A stretch of DNA of 64,000 nt. Origin: Eukaryota sp. TZLM1-RC (lineage: Eukaryota > Protista > Metamonada: BaSk clade). Under the pieces are notes generated by a model, which was not told the DNA's origin, ran no database searches, and worked only from the letters and a program-made list of their open reading frames with translations. A program made the position numbers and the translations under genes. Of this stretch, positions 51,190-64,000 are shown in pieces (positions within the stretch are counted from its first letter, which is position 1; each line of letters opens with the position of its first letter). The stretch lies in contig JAUPSS010000001.1 in assembly GCA_040285825.1 (NCBI GenBank), positions 3,906,001-3,970,000 on the forward strand, in the 5' to 3' direction.

Positions 51190-53333
51190 TGGTGACCATT
51201 ACCTCTTTCAATGGCTGATTGGATTGCAAACAGTGATGGAAGACTGATTGAAGAATCATTGTTAGAACGAACTAATGGAATGATTGCATCAACGGCTTCA
51301 GTTCTATCAGGTAATATGACGATCGTTCTGAAAATGAATGCACCTAAAAGTAAATGGAAAAAAGACTGGCTATCTGTGAGAACACTCCTATCATGAAGTA
51401 GCATTGATTCTGCAATTGAGAGAACCCATGGGGAGGTCAAACCACTAGGTGCTTCGGGTATGTAATATGATGTACAAAATGCTGCCAAAAAATGTTCCAA
51501 AAATAATGGATACAAGTTAACAAAGTATTTAACATCATTTGGTGGTTGTTGAGATCTTTGGAATTGAAACAAAAAAAGCAGCAATGCTACTGCAATTGGT
51601 TCAACCAAGATTCCAAAGGTAGTTGGTGCAACATGCGTGCTTATCAATTCCCTCAGCACCTTCGTCAGTTCATGTTGCCACTCATTATCCTTTAACTGGA
51701 GGAGAAGCTGCCATCCACAGTGAGCAATCAATGGATCAACAGTTGGGACCAGAAACGAAAAGTACTTCTGCTCTGTTCCAATATGAGCACAAGTAAAATC
51801 AACCATGGCAAATGTACAATGGACAAACTTTGTCAACACAGTTTCATGGATTGCTGTACCTTCTAGAATGACAGAAAGTATGGCTGCCATGTACTGGTCG
51901 ACATCGGTTTCACTGAAAGCGTGTTGTGCTTTTTCAACTATTTTACGTTCAAAAGAATCCCAATTGATCGAATCACGTGCATACGCAACCCACAATGGCC
52001 TACAAGAAGCTGCATTGACTAGGGAAAGTAGTGGCGAAACATCAGGACTTCTACGGGTTAGAGGGAGAAAATCATCAAAAATCTGAACCCAACCAGTAGA
52101 GACTGGGGGTAAAGTAGTACCACTGCGTACTTCATCCACCATATAGTCATTTTTACCAGGTGTAAACGGTCTATAAGACAAGGACTTGACAACATCATGA
52201 CAAAAGTGATGTAGAGCAGTATGAGTTCCAGCAACAATTACGATCAGTTGTATTCCTGATAGGAGTAAGTTTCTAGCAGCATGTCGCCAACAACGGAAGA
52301 AATTCCAATCACAATCCAAACCATCACTAGCCTCGTTAAAGTAGGCTTTGGTGCGAATAGATCCGAAACTCGTACCAATAAGTGAACTAACCTCATCTGA
52401 AAATAAAACATATTTGGTTGAATTTAAAAGGGATAGCGAATTCAACATATTGGTAGTTTGGAGAGCAATATTATCTGAAGAAGTATAATATGTTGTGAAC
52501 ATCTCTCCTGCCTTGTTCACCATACTGGTTGGTAGTGTTTCAAAGTATTCCCTTTCCATAGTCTGATAGCTTTGACCAAGTTTCAGGGCAGAAGCCATCA
52601 AACACTGGCAGGCAAAAACAATACGGCGGACCCTTTGCTTTCTATCTTCAGTGTAATCATTGTACATTAACTTGCGGAAGTAACCAGTGAAATCAGCAGT
52701 AGCAAGAGGCTCTGTCCTCAGTACAGAATCAGAACCTTCCGTTGAGAATCTAGGAAACGTGAAATATACTGCTTCTAAATCATCTCTGGACTGAATAGAC
52801 TTACATGATTCAATCATAAACCGTGTTTTACCTGTTCCTGTTGAATTGATAAATGGTAAAACGTTTGAATGATACTTATCTAATAGACGTTCTTCTTGTT
52901 CCAAATACTTCAGTAGAAGGGTGGGAAACTCGTTAAAGAACTCGGGCTTCTGATATGGCACATTCATAATGGAGAATGAGATACCTTTCATTGGTGGAGC
53001 TATGGAGGGTGCTTCTTTCTGCATTTCAAATCGCAGTTCCCCCTCATCAGTGCGAAAAGTGAGTATAATGTGTTCTTTTGGTTCTGTAACATATGAGTAA
53101 AGTGATGGGGTGTCTTTGCGAACGTAAACTCCTCTTTCAAAAGCTAATAGCAACAAATCCTTAGCTTCTTCACCAAGTTTCTGCTGTTGAAAATGATCAA
53201 GAAGATCACCAAACAGAACACTTCCATCTTCTCTCTGGTTTTGGTTCCATGCTCTCAAAAGAGTTCTATGAAAGCGTTCGAATTGATTGCTCGTCAATGT
53301 TCGGGTCGTTAAGAGACCGTCAGAAACATCCAT
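51165..53333 (-). pseudogene. NTPase + REase-fold protein, copy 5, C-terminally truncated by a non-LTR insertion
   Basis: Homology stops at GNGHQ (51190), just before KIQIK; retroposon sequence follows. Confidence 0.85.
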
Positions 53334-54333
53334 GAGGAGCTGTGTTGAGATGAATATGTTGTCGACGTTTGAGGCTAAGTATCTTTTAAAGGTTGAACTG
53401 TAAACCTAAACGGTTTTCTAGTGTTGAAAAACGATTTTGTTGAAACTAAATCAAATTTGAACTAAATATCTTCAATACAAATTAAATACAAATTAAATTT
53501 AAATTAAATTAAATTTGTATTTAATCAGCAAATCTCTTGAGTCGACGATCTTTTATATTTCTTCCTCATTAAAACAGTATTTTCGTTATCATTTCATGAA
53601 TTCTGTTGTAACAGAAATAAAGTAGTGGGTAAATTTTGTATCAATCAACTTTAAGAAATTCTTCTGATATTGAACACTTTATTATTGTTGATCACGTGAT
53701 GCATTAAATCTTCCTTTTGAGTAAAAGGGACTTACCAATTGTCTGTGTGCATGTCCTTTATTGAATGATTTGGTCAGCAACTATTACATTTTCACACAAA
53801 CTTTTTTTTAAAACACCTGGATTTTTATTCAACAACAAATATGAAATACACAATTACAACTCCACATCCTCAAAACCTGCCTCCCCTACATCAAAGCAAT
53901 TAATTGCTAAACATTCAGAAAATTTCGCAAAAGAAGATAGTGAATCAGAAATTAGTTTTACCATTCCCTTAAAAATAGAAAATACAATAATGTTTTGCCA
54001 GTAAACACGATTGAAAATTCTTCCAGTTCTTTCCTTTACAACTACAACAAAATCCTCGAGGAAAGCCATAGCAGCCTTACCTAGAGATCCAAGCAAAGAA
54101 AAAACAAATGGAAATAAATTATATTGGGCATGAGAATTTTCATTAACCGAGGAAATGGGTTTCGCATATTTAGCAATTTTATATTTTTCGCCTGCAAGAA
54201 GAGGATTATTTACATCCGAGTTAATGAGATGTTCGTTAGAGGAATTACAAGGGTCAATAGACATGGCATCCAAAATAGTAAAACTACCATTTAAACCAGG
54301 AACAAAAGAACTGTATTTCACACAAACTGTATA

Positions 54334-55165
54334 TGTTGTTGTCGAACTTAAATTGAATTAGTAGGTTTCTATGTATTTTGACTGATGACGTGATACTCGT
54401 TTATGAATCAGTTTTATTAATAAACTTAGATTTCTCTCTCTCCCCTTCGTGTGTTCATCTGCCTAACGGCATCAATAATTATTGGCCCTTCTTATTTCAG
54501 ATGACTGTTCCCTCTGTTAACCTGACGTCTCTTTCTTCCATGGAAGTTGAAAGTGTTCTTCTGTTCCTATAGAAGTAAAAGATTTATTCTTCGGTGACTC
54601 CTAAGAAAGAGCTTGTTCCAGCAAGACTCTTAGTCGATTCTTTTCTGTTAGAGTCCCTATCTCTCCAGAAATCCGACGTCTCATCCAGTGACGATGTTCT
54701 TCTCAAACATCTACAATCTGTCGTATCGTTCGTCACGTACGAAGATTGTAGTCTGGCTATGTCAGAACTGAAGCTTGATGTCCGTATTGGTGACGTCCGA
54801 GAACGCATGTCCTGTTACCTGCGATGTTTCCTCCAGGTAAAAAGTAGGGCTTTCGGACTGAAGTTGCCAGACATAGCTTTTCTGAACCGATTTGCCAGAG
54901 GAATTCTTCCCGTAGGTCTCCAACGTTCTCATACCAACGATGCACCGGAGAATTTAACAAACATCATATCTTCCCTCTATTGAGCCAGTACTGTATTTGT
55001 CCTCAGAAAAATGGAAAAAAGTAGTGTTGTTGTCGAACTTAAATTGAATTAGTAGGTTTCTATGTATTTTGACTGATGACGTGATACTCGTTTATGAATC
55101 AGTTTTATTAATAAACTTAGATTTCTCTCTCTCCCCTTCGTGTGTTCATCTGCCTAACGGCATCA
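54334..55165 (+). mobile_element. gag-only LTR element type B, duplicate
   Basis: Copy at offset 8815. Confidence 0.9.
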
Positions 55166-56682
55166 TAAACCGTTTTATTTCATCATTTGTTCAAACCTGC
55201 TTGAATATGATTGATGACTCTTTTGAAGACTGCCATGTTATTGAATAAAACCCTTCAGAGCGTTTGAAATCTCCGACTATCAGACCAGTGAAATAGGGTA
55301 TCCTTTTTAATTTCAAATTTGCTCAGTTTTCGCCACTATTTTTGAAATAAAAACACGTGACCAACACATGCTCCAAAAATCAACATTCAAAACAATCAAT
55401 GATGTTATTGCTACAATTGACAAAAGCTGCAACATAGTGGAATACAGAATACTTGTTTTGAAAAACTAAATGAAGTTTTGACCAATATAATAATTCTGGG
55501 TTCCCTTTGATACACAACAAATATATATTGGCTCTTCTGCAATATTAGTTCGATCAAAGAATCAAGTGTCACATTGTTTTGAGCAGTTGATCTTCCAAAA
55601 AAATCACTTATTCTACTCATGCTTGAACAAATACCTTACTATTAATGTTAATGAAAAAAAGTTGTCGTTAAGGCCAAAAATATAAACAACAATATTAGGT
55701 AAATCCTCAACTTTGGTGGGTTTGTAAAATAGGTAATGGCTGTAGCATTGCCAAGAATTACCATTGTTGATACAATTAAGAAGAAACGATTTTAAGAGGT
55801 AAACACAAAATTTACAAAGAAAATCAACACTTAGATTTTATAAATACATCACTTCTTGAAAAGTTGAGCTTCGCCCAAATTTTTGTTAAAAGGTTTTTTA
55901 TGAACAATTAAGTTATTACTTAATTGTTCAGTTGTATTATATCTAAACTTTAATCAAGAAGATTTTTTTTTGTACAGAAAAGTTTAAATTTTGAAATGAA
56001 TGACATTTTTTAATAAAGATATAGAAAAATTGTGTCGGATGTTAATATAATAAAATAAGTCAATTTGTTATAGTTACTGATAAATAAGGTTAGCAGTTAT
56101 CTCAGGATTTCACTTGATGACGTGGCACTCGTTGAAAAATGGGTTTCTTTATTAATAAACGCTCTTTTCTCTCTTTACTTCTTGGGTATTTCTGCCTAAC
56201 GGCATCAAATTATGTCGATTCTTCCTTGAATTTCACTATCTCTGCATTTTATTGATTGTAAATAATTGAACTTCCACAACTAACAAAATTACCAGAACCA
56301 CCGTTTGGTCAAGGTATGCTTTGATAGGAAGAGTGACACTGTTCATATCAGCTTGGATATCCTTGGAGGAGTCTTGTGATTGTTGGTTGTCCATTTTGCT
56401 TGAGAGATAAAGTTGTTAAAGATTTTCTTCAAACAATTCACAATTGTTGAACTTGCACACTTGATAAACTTATAACTAATGGGACGAAATTCATTGAATC
56501 AGGATTTCCTCTACAATATCTGGATCTGCTTGCTGTCTAGCTAAAGCTTCTCTAATTCGAGTCAAAAACCGAAACAATCTACTATTAATGGCAAATGGAA
56601 TTCAAAAGCGCCAGAAAAAGATATCAAATCTTTTCATTGTTTATTCTTGAACCATTTTTTGGAAATCATTCAAAAAAGTTTC

Positions 56683-59240
56683 ATTTTGTGAAAGTCATTT
56701 TATCAAAACATTGTTTCCAGATCAGTATTTGAAAGGTTCTACAAAATGTTCGATTTGTGGTATCAGTGGACATAATTGGAGAACATGTCTTGAAAATCAA
56801 AACAAGAGAAATTGAATTAAAATCTGCTCAAAATATTCTCCAATGTTCCGTTCCAGTCGTTGTCGATTTCAGTTGTACCGAATTCTGACGATTTTCATTC
56901 AAATGCTTTCAGTGCTCACTCTCCTTCCCCTTTTGAAAGCAATAATCTTTGTTGTCCATTCTGCAGAAAAGCCGTTACAGATTCAAGAAATGGTCAAAAA
57001 CTTTTGTTTGTACCAATTGTAAAGCTGCTGTTACTGTTAGACCAGCAATTCAGATTCCAGTGGAAGTTGGTCCCGCCGGTACAATTCCTTTTTGAATGGA
57101 AATGTGAACTTTCACATCTAAATTATACAACATTTGTGGTTTTTTGTATAAACAGAAACTACGAAACAGAGAGGCGGTAATAATCACAGAAAAGTAGTCC
57201 TCTGTCAAGTTACACTTGTGATTACGTGGCATCACGTGATACTGTAACTACTAATCTAAATACTAATAATATCTATCTGAATTGGCTCTAAGCCTGCACA
57301 TTGAGTGGAGTATTTCATCCTTTTGAAACTATTTTGCAAAAAAAACCAAAAAATGTTTTACGAATATTTTGGAATGAAAAAATTGGAAAATCAAAAGTTA
57401 TCCGAAAGTTGTGCTTACGTGGTCGTTGTGGAGCTGCAACACAGGTCTTGTTTTCCTCTTCATTGCCTGATGGAAATTCTGAAACTCTTGAAAAACTTCA
57501 AAAATTGCATCCTCAAAAAAAATTTAAGTGTAGCAAGCCTGATGTTTGTTTTTTTGGATTGAAGTCCAATTTCTACAATTGAAATTTCCAACGCATTTAA
57601 AGAAAACCAAAAGGAAAAGCTGCAGGTTCATCTGGAATTTCTTTTGATATTTTGAAAATAGCGGGCTCCAGTGCTCCTGAAATTGCTGAAAATCTTTTTA
57701 ATTATTTTCAACAATTATTTGTTTTGAGAATTGACCCTCCTTTTGAATTATTAGCTGCACGTTTGATTGTTTTAGTAAAGCCAGGTAATCGAATTAAACC
57801 TGATGGTGTACGCCCCATTGCCGTTGGTGAATCTTTATCTCGTTTGTTGGTATCGATTGTATTTGATCGAGTCAAAGACAAAGCTTCTAAATTTTTGAAT
57901 CCTCATCAATTTGGAATTAAAACAAATGATGGTGCTTCTGTTATTGCTCTTGCATCTGATATTTTTTTAATCCAGGGGATAATAATTCAATTTTTAATCT
58001 GGACTGCAAAAATGCTTTTAATTCTGTAAAAGGAAAAGCAATTTTTGTGGTAATTAAATCTAATTTTCCTGAGCTGTCAAGTTTTTTCCACCACTATTGT
58101 GGTAAAGCATCAGATTTAATATTTAATTCATTTGGTTCAAAATCATCTTCTGGTGTAAAACAAGGTGATCCTCTACGCCCATTATTCTTCTGTTTAGCTA
58201 TTCACAAAACTTTAGTTGTCATCAAGCAAAATCATTCTTCCTTAACAATAGTTGCTCATATGGATGATATATTTTTGATTGGTTCATTTGATTTACTGCA
58301 GTTGGTTGCACAAGATATTGCTGATTCATATGAAAATATTGGGCTTCATCATATTGCGAGCAAATGCCTTCTGAATGGTTCTGCTGCTCAGGATCTTGTG
58401 ATACACGATACAGTTGTCCCTATTACTAACTATAGTAGTGATTTTTTTAAGTTTCTTGGTTGTTGGTTAGAAAATGTGCGTTGAATTTAGAATGAATTAC
58501 AAGTTATAATGGAAAAAATGAAGAATGACCTTGATTTAAATTCTTCTTTATATTGAGAAAAACATATTAAATGTTTCACCCTTAAAATTGCTACACTGGG
58601 AGAATAGCCCACGTTTTGAGATCTTGCGCTATTTCCATAGCATTAGTTTTTTGTCGTTCCTTAACTTCATTGAAAACAGAATTTCTTGCTGATTTATTGG
58701 TTGTAGAACCAAAAATGTTGAAAAATCACTTATTTTCTTCAGCAAATTTGGGTAATTTTGGATTTACTAAATCTTCTATTTTGTGTCAATCAGCATTATT
58801 GGGTGGAGGCAAGAATTTCATTTATGAATTTTCTCGTAGATTCCCTCCGATTGCACATCTGTTAGTTCCCAGCTGCAGTCCATATTTGAATGACATATCT
58901 TGTGAACTCGATAGATTGCCACCACAAATCTGGACCAAAGGTTTTCCCCAATCAATTCAAGAAATTCCAAACCGATCTTTTTTAATTTGCAGGTTTGTTG
59001 TACAAAGCTTCAACAAAAATTGTCAAAGATTTTGGAAAGCTTGGATTTTGTTGTTAGAATTGGCCTGACCAAGACGAAGACTCCCGCTTTTGCAAATCTT
59101 TTACAAGATATGTGTGAAAGTACTTCTTCTGCCTTAGTAACAACAATTTCGCAAGTTTATGGCACTCTCACAACTGACTCAGCTTGGACTTTGAATATGA
59201 GAATTTGTTTTTTTATCTGACTTGATAATTTACAAATTCA
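56683..59240 (+). mobile_element. duplicate decayed CRE-like element, extends further 3'
   Basis: Copy of 47866-50213 continuing to PAFANLLQD...W.LNMR. Confidence 0.88.
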
Positions 59241-59555
59241 CAGTTTTTAGGAGGCATGTCCTGACAAATTAATACATGAACAAATCCTATCAGCATTTGC
59301 CAATTTCAGTGTAATTTTCAAATTGTTTATTCGAAGCATAAAATTATGTGTAACTTTAAACAATCAGCAATCGATGTCAAAGATAGATGGAACTTTGTGA
59401 TGCATTTATTTAAACCAAGAGAATTGAGGATACATGAAGGATACACCTAAAATGGAAAACAAACTGCCAACGTCATCAATTTCTCTTTCAGTTCATTTAC
59501 CTTGGTATTAACGATCGCCAACCCAACCTACACTTAAGTAAATCAACCTCCTCTT

Positions 59556-62500
59556 ATGCCTCCTCAGCCTCGCCCTCCTATAGGTAGAGGTGCTGCTCGA
59601 GGAGCTCCACGGACACTTCCTGGCACCACTTCACGAGGTCGCGGTGCCGCTTCTGGTCCTCCTAGAGGATCTCCTCGTACACTCAATCGTCCTTCTTCCA
59701 ATTCTTCTGCACCGGGGTCTCCTAAACCAGCACAACGCCCTGCTCCTTCTCCCCGAGGTACTCCCTCCCGTGGCCGAGCTCAACGTGGCAGAGGTGTAAG
59801 GAGAGGGGGAACTCGCGATCCTCCAGCCCAAAAAACCCCTGTCATTCCCCCGGGTTATGTCAAGTTTGAAGATACAAAGAATGGAAAGACGTATTATCAT
59901 CCAGAAGGAGAATCTATACGGAACCTTGCAGTAGTGTACCAACAACATGTAGACCCTAAAACTGGGAGGAAATTCTTTATCAATGTTGAATCTAAAAAGA
60001 CTTCCTGGAGACTACCGGTGTTAAAGGAAACTAGTCCAGAAAAGTCAAGTGAAGGTCAAAAACCTGCTCAAAAAGAAGATATAATTGAACCCACAGAAAA
60101 ACCGGAAACTAGTCCAGAAAAGTCAAGTGAAGGTCAAAAACCTGCTCAAAAAGAAGATATAATTGAACCCACACAAAAACCGGAAACTAGTCCAGAAAAG
60201 TCAAGTGAAGGTCAAAAACCTGCTCAAAAAGAAGATATAATTGAACCCACAGAAAAACCGGAAACTAGTCCAGAAAAGTCAAGTGAAGGTCAAAAACCTG
60301 CTCAAAAAGAAGATATAATTGAACCCACAGAAAAACCGGAAACTAGTCCAGAAAAGTCAAGTGAAGGTCAAAAACCTGCTCAAAAAGAAGATATAATTGA
60401 ACCCACAGAAAAACCGGAAACTAGTCCAGAAAAAGTCAAGTGAAGGTCAAAAACCTGCTCAAAAAGAAGATATAATTGAACCCACAGAAAAACCGGAAAC
60501 TAGTCCAGAAAAAGTCAAGTGAAGGTCAAAAACCTGCTCAAAAAGAAGATATAATTGAACCCACAGAAAAACCGGAAACTAGTCCAGAAAAGTCAAGTGA
60601 AGGTCAAAAACCTGCTCAAAAAGAAGATATAATTGAACCCACAGAAAAACCGGAAACTAGTCCAGAAAAGTCAAGTGAAGGTCAAAAACCTGATCAAAAA
60701 TCAGAATCTGGTAATACTTCGGAAACCAATCAAAGTCCTAGTCAGGAATTCATCAATCACGACGTTGTTTTTGAACCATTGCCACTTTCAGACCTTTGCT
60801 ATTTCTTGACTACCAAATTTTTAACTAAACCTGGAATTTTTAATCTAACCACTATTTTTGCTATTAAAAGTGAAATTGAATTTGACAATAGTTATTTTAT
60901 CGGAATTTTTTCACTGGTTAGAGACTGGGTAGGCTGTTGGTTTTGTGTGATCTACAAGTGTGAAAATTTGGACGTGACAAGTTGTCATGGAGAAGAGATC
61001 ACTTTTTTCAAATCATTTTATTTTGACTCTCAACCAAGTATCACCACGAAGGAAATCAAAAATTTTGACAATTTACCCGCTGTTATGAACTTTGATAATT
61101 TTTCCCTTAGTTTTAATTTAAACCTTCCCACACTAGGACAAATTTCTCAAGTTTTAGATACAATATCAGTCGAAATGTTCAAGAAGAATTCGAATTTATT
61201 AGTTGAAAGATCCATTCAGTGGTCTGATAACATTAATTTTTCCAATTTAAATATATCACCTTGTTGGGAATTTTTAAAAACTGAATTAGAAGTGAAACAA
61301 CCTGATTCAGATATCAAAAGTTTAGTAGATCAACATTCTGAATATCTAGAATCAATTTGTAAAGAAAAATGTAACGAATGTGGAATTAATTTTCCTCCCA
61401 ATTCTGTAATACTATCAGCTTTTGTGTTTAACAAAAATTCATCAGGTGGTTACGAAATTTTGGTAAATAATGATGGAAATTTGCCATTTTTGGCAATTGA
61501 AAAGAAGTTGAGTGTTGATGATTCAAATATTAAATTCCTTTATGATAATTTTATTTCAAATAATGGTGATTTAACTGAAGTTTTCCCGAATAATTTAACT
61601 AACTCAGAATTAATTGATGCAAGTATTGATTTTTTTACCAAATCTGGACTCAACATTTCCCCTATTCCTTACTCCTTTGAACTTGGTTCGATTTCGAGTA
61701 AGTTTGTTGTTTTCGTGGGTACTGCAGGAAATCAGAACAGCAAAGTTTTGAAAAAATTTAAATTTTTAAATTTTGACGAATTCGAACATAGATTCTATCT
61801 AAATTTTGATCTTTTGAGCTATTTCGATCCCTGCACGTCACTATCACGTGACTTTTTAACCGGATCACGTCATTTGTCAATCATTCTTGACTGTTTCCTT
61901 AACCATCCTGTAATCAATCAACCCCAACCAGGTTTTTACCTTGGCTTATCATCATTGTCTTCTGATTTGGATTCAACAAAAGTTTTTTTAGATCCTACCA
62001 ATCAATCTCTTTTGCCAAATGTCTTTGTTTCAGAAACAATTCCTTCAATAGAAGAAGTTTCTTCAGCAGCTATTGACTTTAGCGAAGGTAAATTGGATGA
62101 TGGTTTGTGTACTAAATTGGGGGACGCAATTAATGAGTTGAAGGAAAAGTACAAAATTGATGGAGTTGGTGCGCTTTATGACTGGGAACTCGTCAACATG
62201 ACGGCATCTGGACGCTCAAAAATGATGATTTTGATTTTTTTTAACCCTGTCGATTCATTATTACCGGTCACTGAATCTGATTTTGCCCTTAATTACCTAT
62301 ACCTCATTCGTTCTTTTCCACCCAATTCCACAAACCCAAATTTCCAATGGTTTTACCGTGCAATTTCTTGGTTCTTCGATGGTAAAGTTCCCTACAATGA
62401 TAGTAAAAACAACCACTATTTTGGAGGTACTAGCCGAACCAATGTTTTCGATGCTTCTTATTGGGAAGAGCTGCAAGATCAACAGTGGGTATTGAAGCAG

Positions 62501-64000
62501 AATGATTTACCCGTGATTGAGGAAATTTATTCTGCGTTCGATTTAGAAAGTTTGCCTGATTTCGCTCCTGTTAATTCCAGTGTAAGTTTATTTTGTGAAG
62601 AAATTGTTGATACAATATTAGATAATGTTGAAATTGAGGTCCATAGAGTTCCAGAAATTATATTTTTAAAGGACTATTTGAATGACTTGATTGAAATAAT
62701 TGATGTTGTCGATATCGTCTGTGAAGAAGCGTCTTGGATTACGATTCAAGAGGAGTTTAGTGAAAATTTGGTGCGTCAAGATGTCGAGGCTGAATATTTG
62801 AAATTTTCAGAAGATTATCAAGCTGAGACAAGTCTTGATTTACACCAACTTGATCTCTATTTACCATTTATTTCACAAATGACTGAACAATTTAATGAAT
62901 TATATTCATTTTCTTTTGAATTTTTGAATGTGTTGGATGAGCTGGAGACTATGAACACTATTATGGAACTACAATGCTCTGCTCAACGCGACTTGGAAGC
63001 TCAAGTTGATTATGAGCGGTCAAAAATACCAATCAAATCGTTTAATCAGACAAATGCTCCTATAGAACCAGTGGTTAAATTAACCAATGTACCTAGCTCA
63101 GTCAATATCAGTCTTGATGACCTCATTCGCTCAAAATCAGACGAGAATTCAGTTGACCAATGTGATGTAACACCTATAAAAAGTGCAAATTCTAGAAAAC
63201 ACTCGAGTCCTCGAAAATTCGGCAATATTTCAACTAAATCTACTTTATCTTCACCTTTAAAGTCAATCAAAGTCAGCCAACAGTTGTCAAGAGAAGCTAG
63301 ATCTACAGTTTCCGTGGTTAGGAGGTTAAATCGACATTATTCCGTTCCCAGTTTGATTGAATCAAATTTGATTGGCTCAGATGATGTGATTGTGTTGGAG
63401 ATTGAAAATTCTGAGTTTGAAGTACCCATGGATTTACTCTCCTCAAGTTTATTAGTAAAAGAGTATTCACCAAAAGACAAAATTTTGCTACCGACACTTG
63501 ACAAGGTGTCAGTTGAGCTCCTTTTGCAATATTTAATGAAGACAAAAGATCAACCCAGCTTGATGAATTTTTCAATCGACGATTCTCATGTTTTGGAAAT
63601 TTTGACGGCTTCCGAAATTTTGAGAGTTCCTGAATTATTGATCCTTTCTCTAGATGGTCTTTTCAGCCTGTCGGTCAACATTGATTCAATAATTTCAACT
63701 TGTCTGGGTTCCTTTTTCATGAGTTTGACTGTAGAAGACTGGCTACGTTATCAGAAGATTATTATTTCTCCTGTTTTTGACATTTTCTGGTATCTCCGTT
63801 GGCGTAAAGAATCTAATTCTGAATATCATTACCACGAAAATCTTCATCGATGGGTTTATGTCTATTCTAGTTTTCGAATAGAATCAATATTAAAGTCCAA
63901 AAATGCCAATCAAATTGATCGATCTGAACTTCATTTATGGTCTCTTCTAAGCCAGTTTGTCACTTCACTCAATCTTGATTGTGAAAATATAACTGACGCT
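59556..64000 (+). CDS. large protein (>1480 aa, 3' incomplete): Pro/Arg/Gly-rich N-terminus, two WW-like modules, 26-aa repeats, Skp1/BTB-like domain
   Basis: WW-like segments PPGY..DTKNGKTYY and DPKTGRKFFIN..TSWRLP. Removing two extra A's in repeat homopolymers joins this ORF to a frame I read as stop-free from 60653 to 64000. Confidence 0.8.
60027..60700 (+). repeat. 78-bp coding minisatellite, ~8.6 copies (ETSPEKSSEGQKPAQKEDIIEPTEKP)
   Basis: Unit starts at 60027, 60105, 60183, 60261, 60339, 60417, 60496, 60575 and 60653. Confidence 0.97.

Larger units (their letters stand above)
42375..59049. repeat. direct duplication 42375-50213 / 51190-59049 separated by a retroposon insertion
   Basis: Offsets of 8815-8836 bp across all ORFs. 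Confidence 0.93.

Noticed and set aside
50261-53333. In-frame NTPase-RLE nuclease domain swap
   Set aside because: The RLE ORF is in a different frame; the NTPase frame stops 7 codons after the junction.
60027-60700. Regular repeats as a CRISPR array
   Set aside because: No unique spacers; the 78-bp units encode a protein repeat in a eukaryotic gene.

Overview
AT-rich eukaryotic (protist-like) repeat region. It uses the standard code and has very short GT-AG introns (31 and 35 nt); the species cannot be identified from the sequence. Contents: (1) a decayed Ty3/gypsy LTR retrotransposon (1-4757, minus) with a ~148-bp LTR and one gag-pro-RT frame broken by indels and stops; (2) a degenerate tRNA (5108-5178); (3) five copies of an intronless ~835-aa P-loop NTPase + restriction-endonuclease-fold gene (Crinkler/RHS-type architecture), spread by a ~9.4-kb tandem duplication (7071-28970), an inverted duplication (39739-46980) and a ~7.8-kb direct duplication flanking a retroposon insertion; (4) fragments of several CRE-like RLE non-LTR retrotransposon families, including a 2385-bp tandem array of a 5'-inverted copy; (5) tiny gag-only LTR elements with 141-143-bp LTRs, 4-bp TSDs and solo LTRs; (6) an intact PKA-C/PRKX-like kinase gene plus two 3' fragments; (7) a >1480-aa WW + 26-aa repeat + Skp1/BTB-like gene running off the window. 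Top leads: two LTR families with unrelated gag sequences carry a perfect 12-bp palindrome (CAATA-AT-TATTG vs CAATA-CG-TATTG) where the primer-binding site should be, which suggests tRNA-independent priming; an unannotated virus-like 2A motif (DVEANPGP); and an expanding NTPase-nuclease family. Many single-base indels in homopolymers may be long-read errors.
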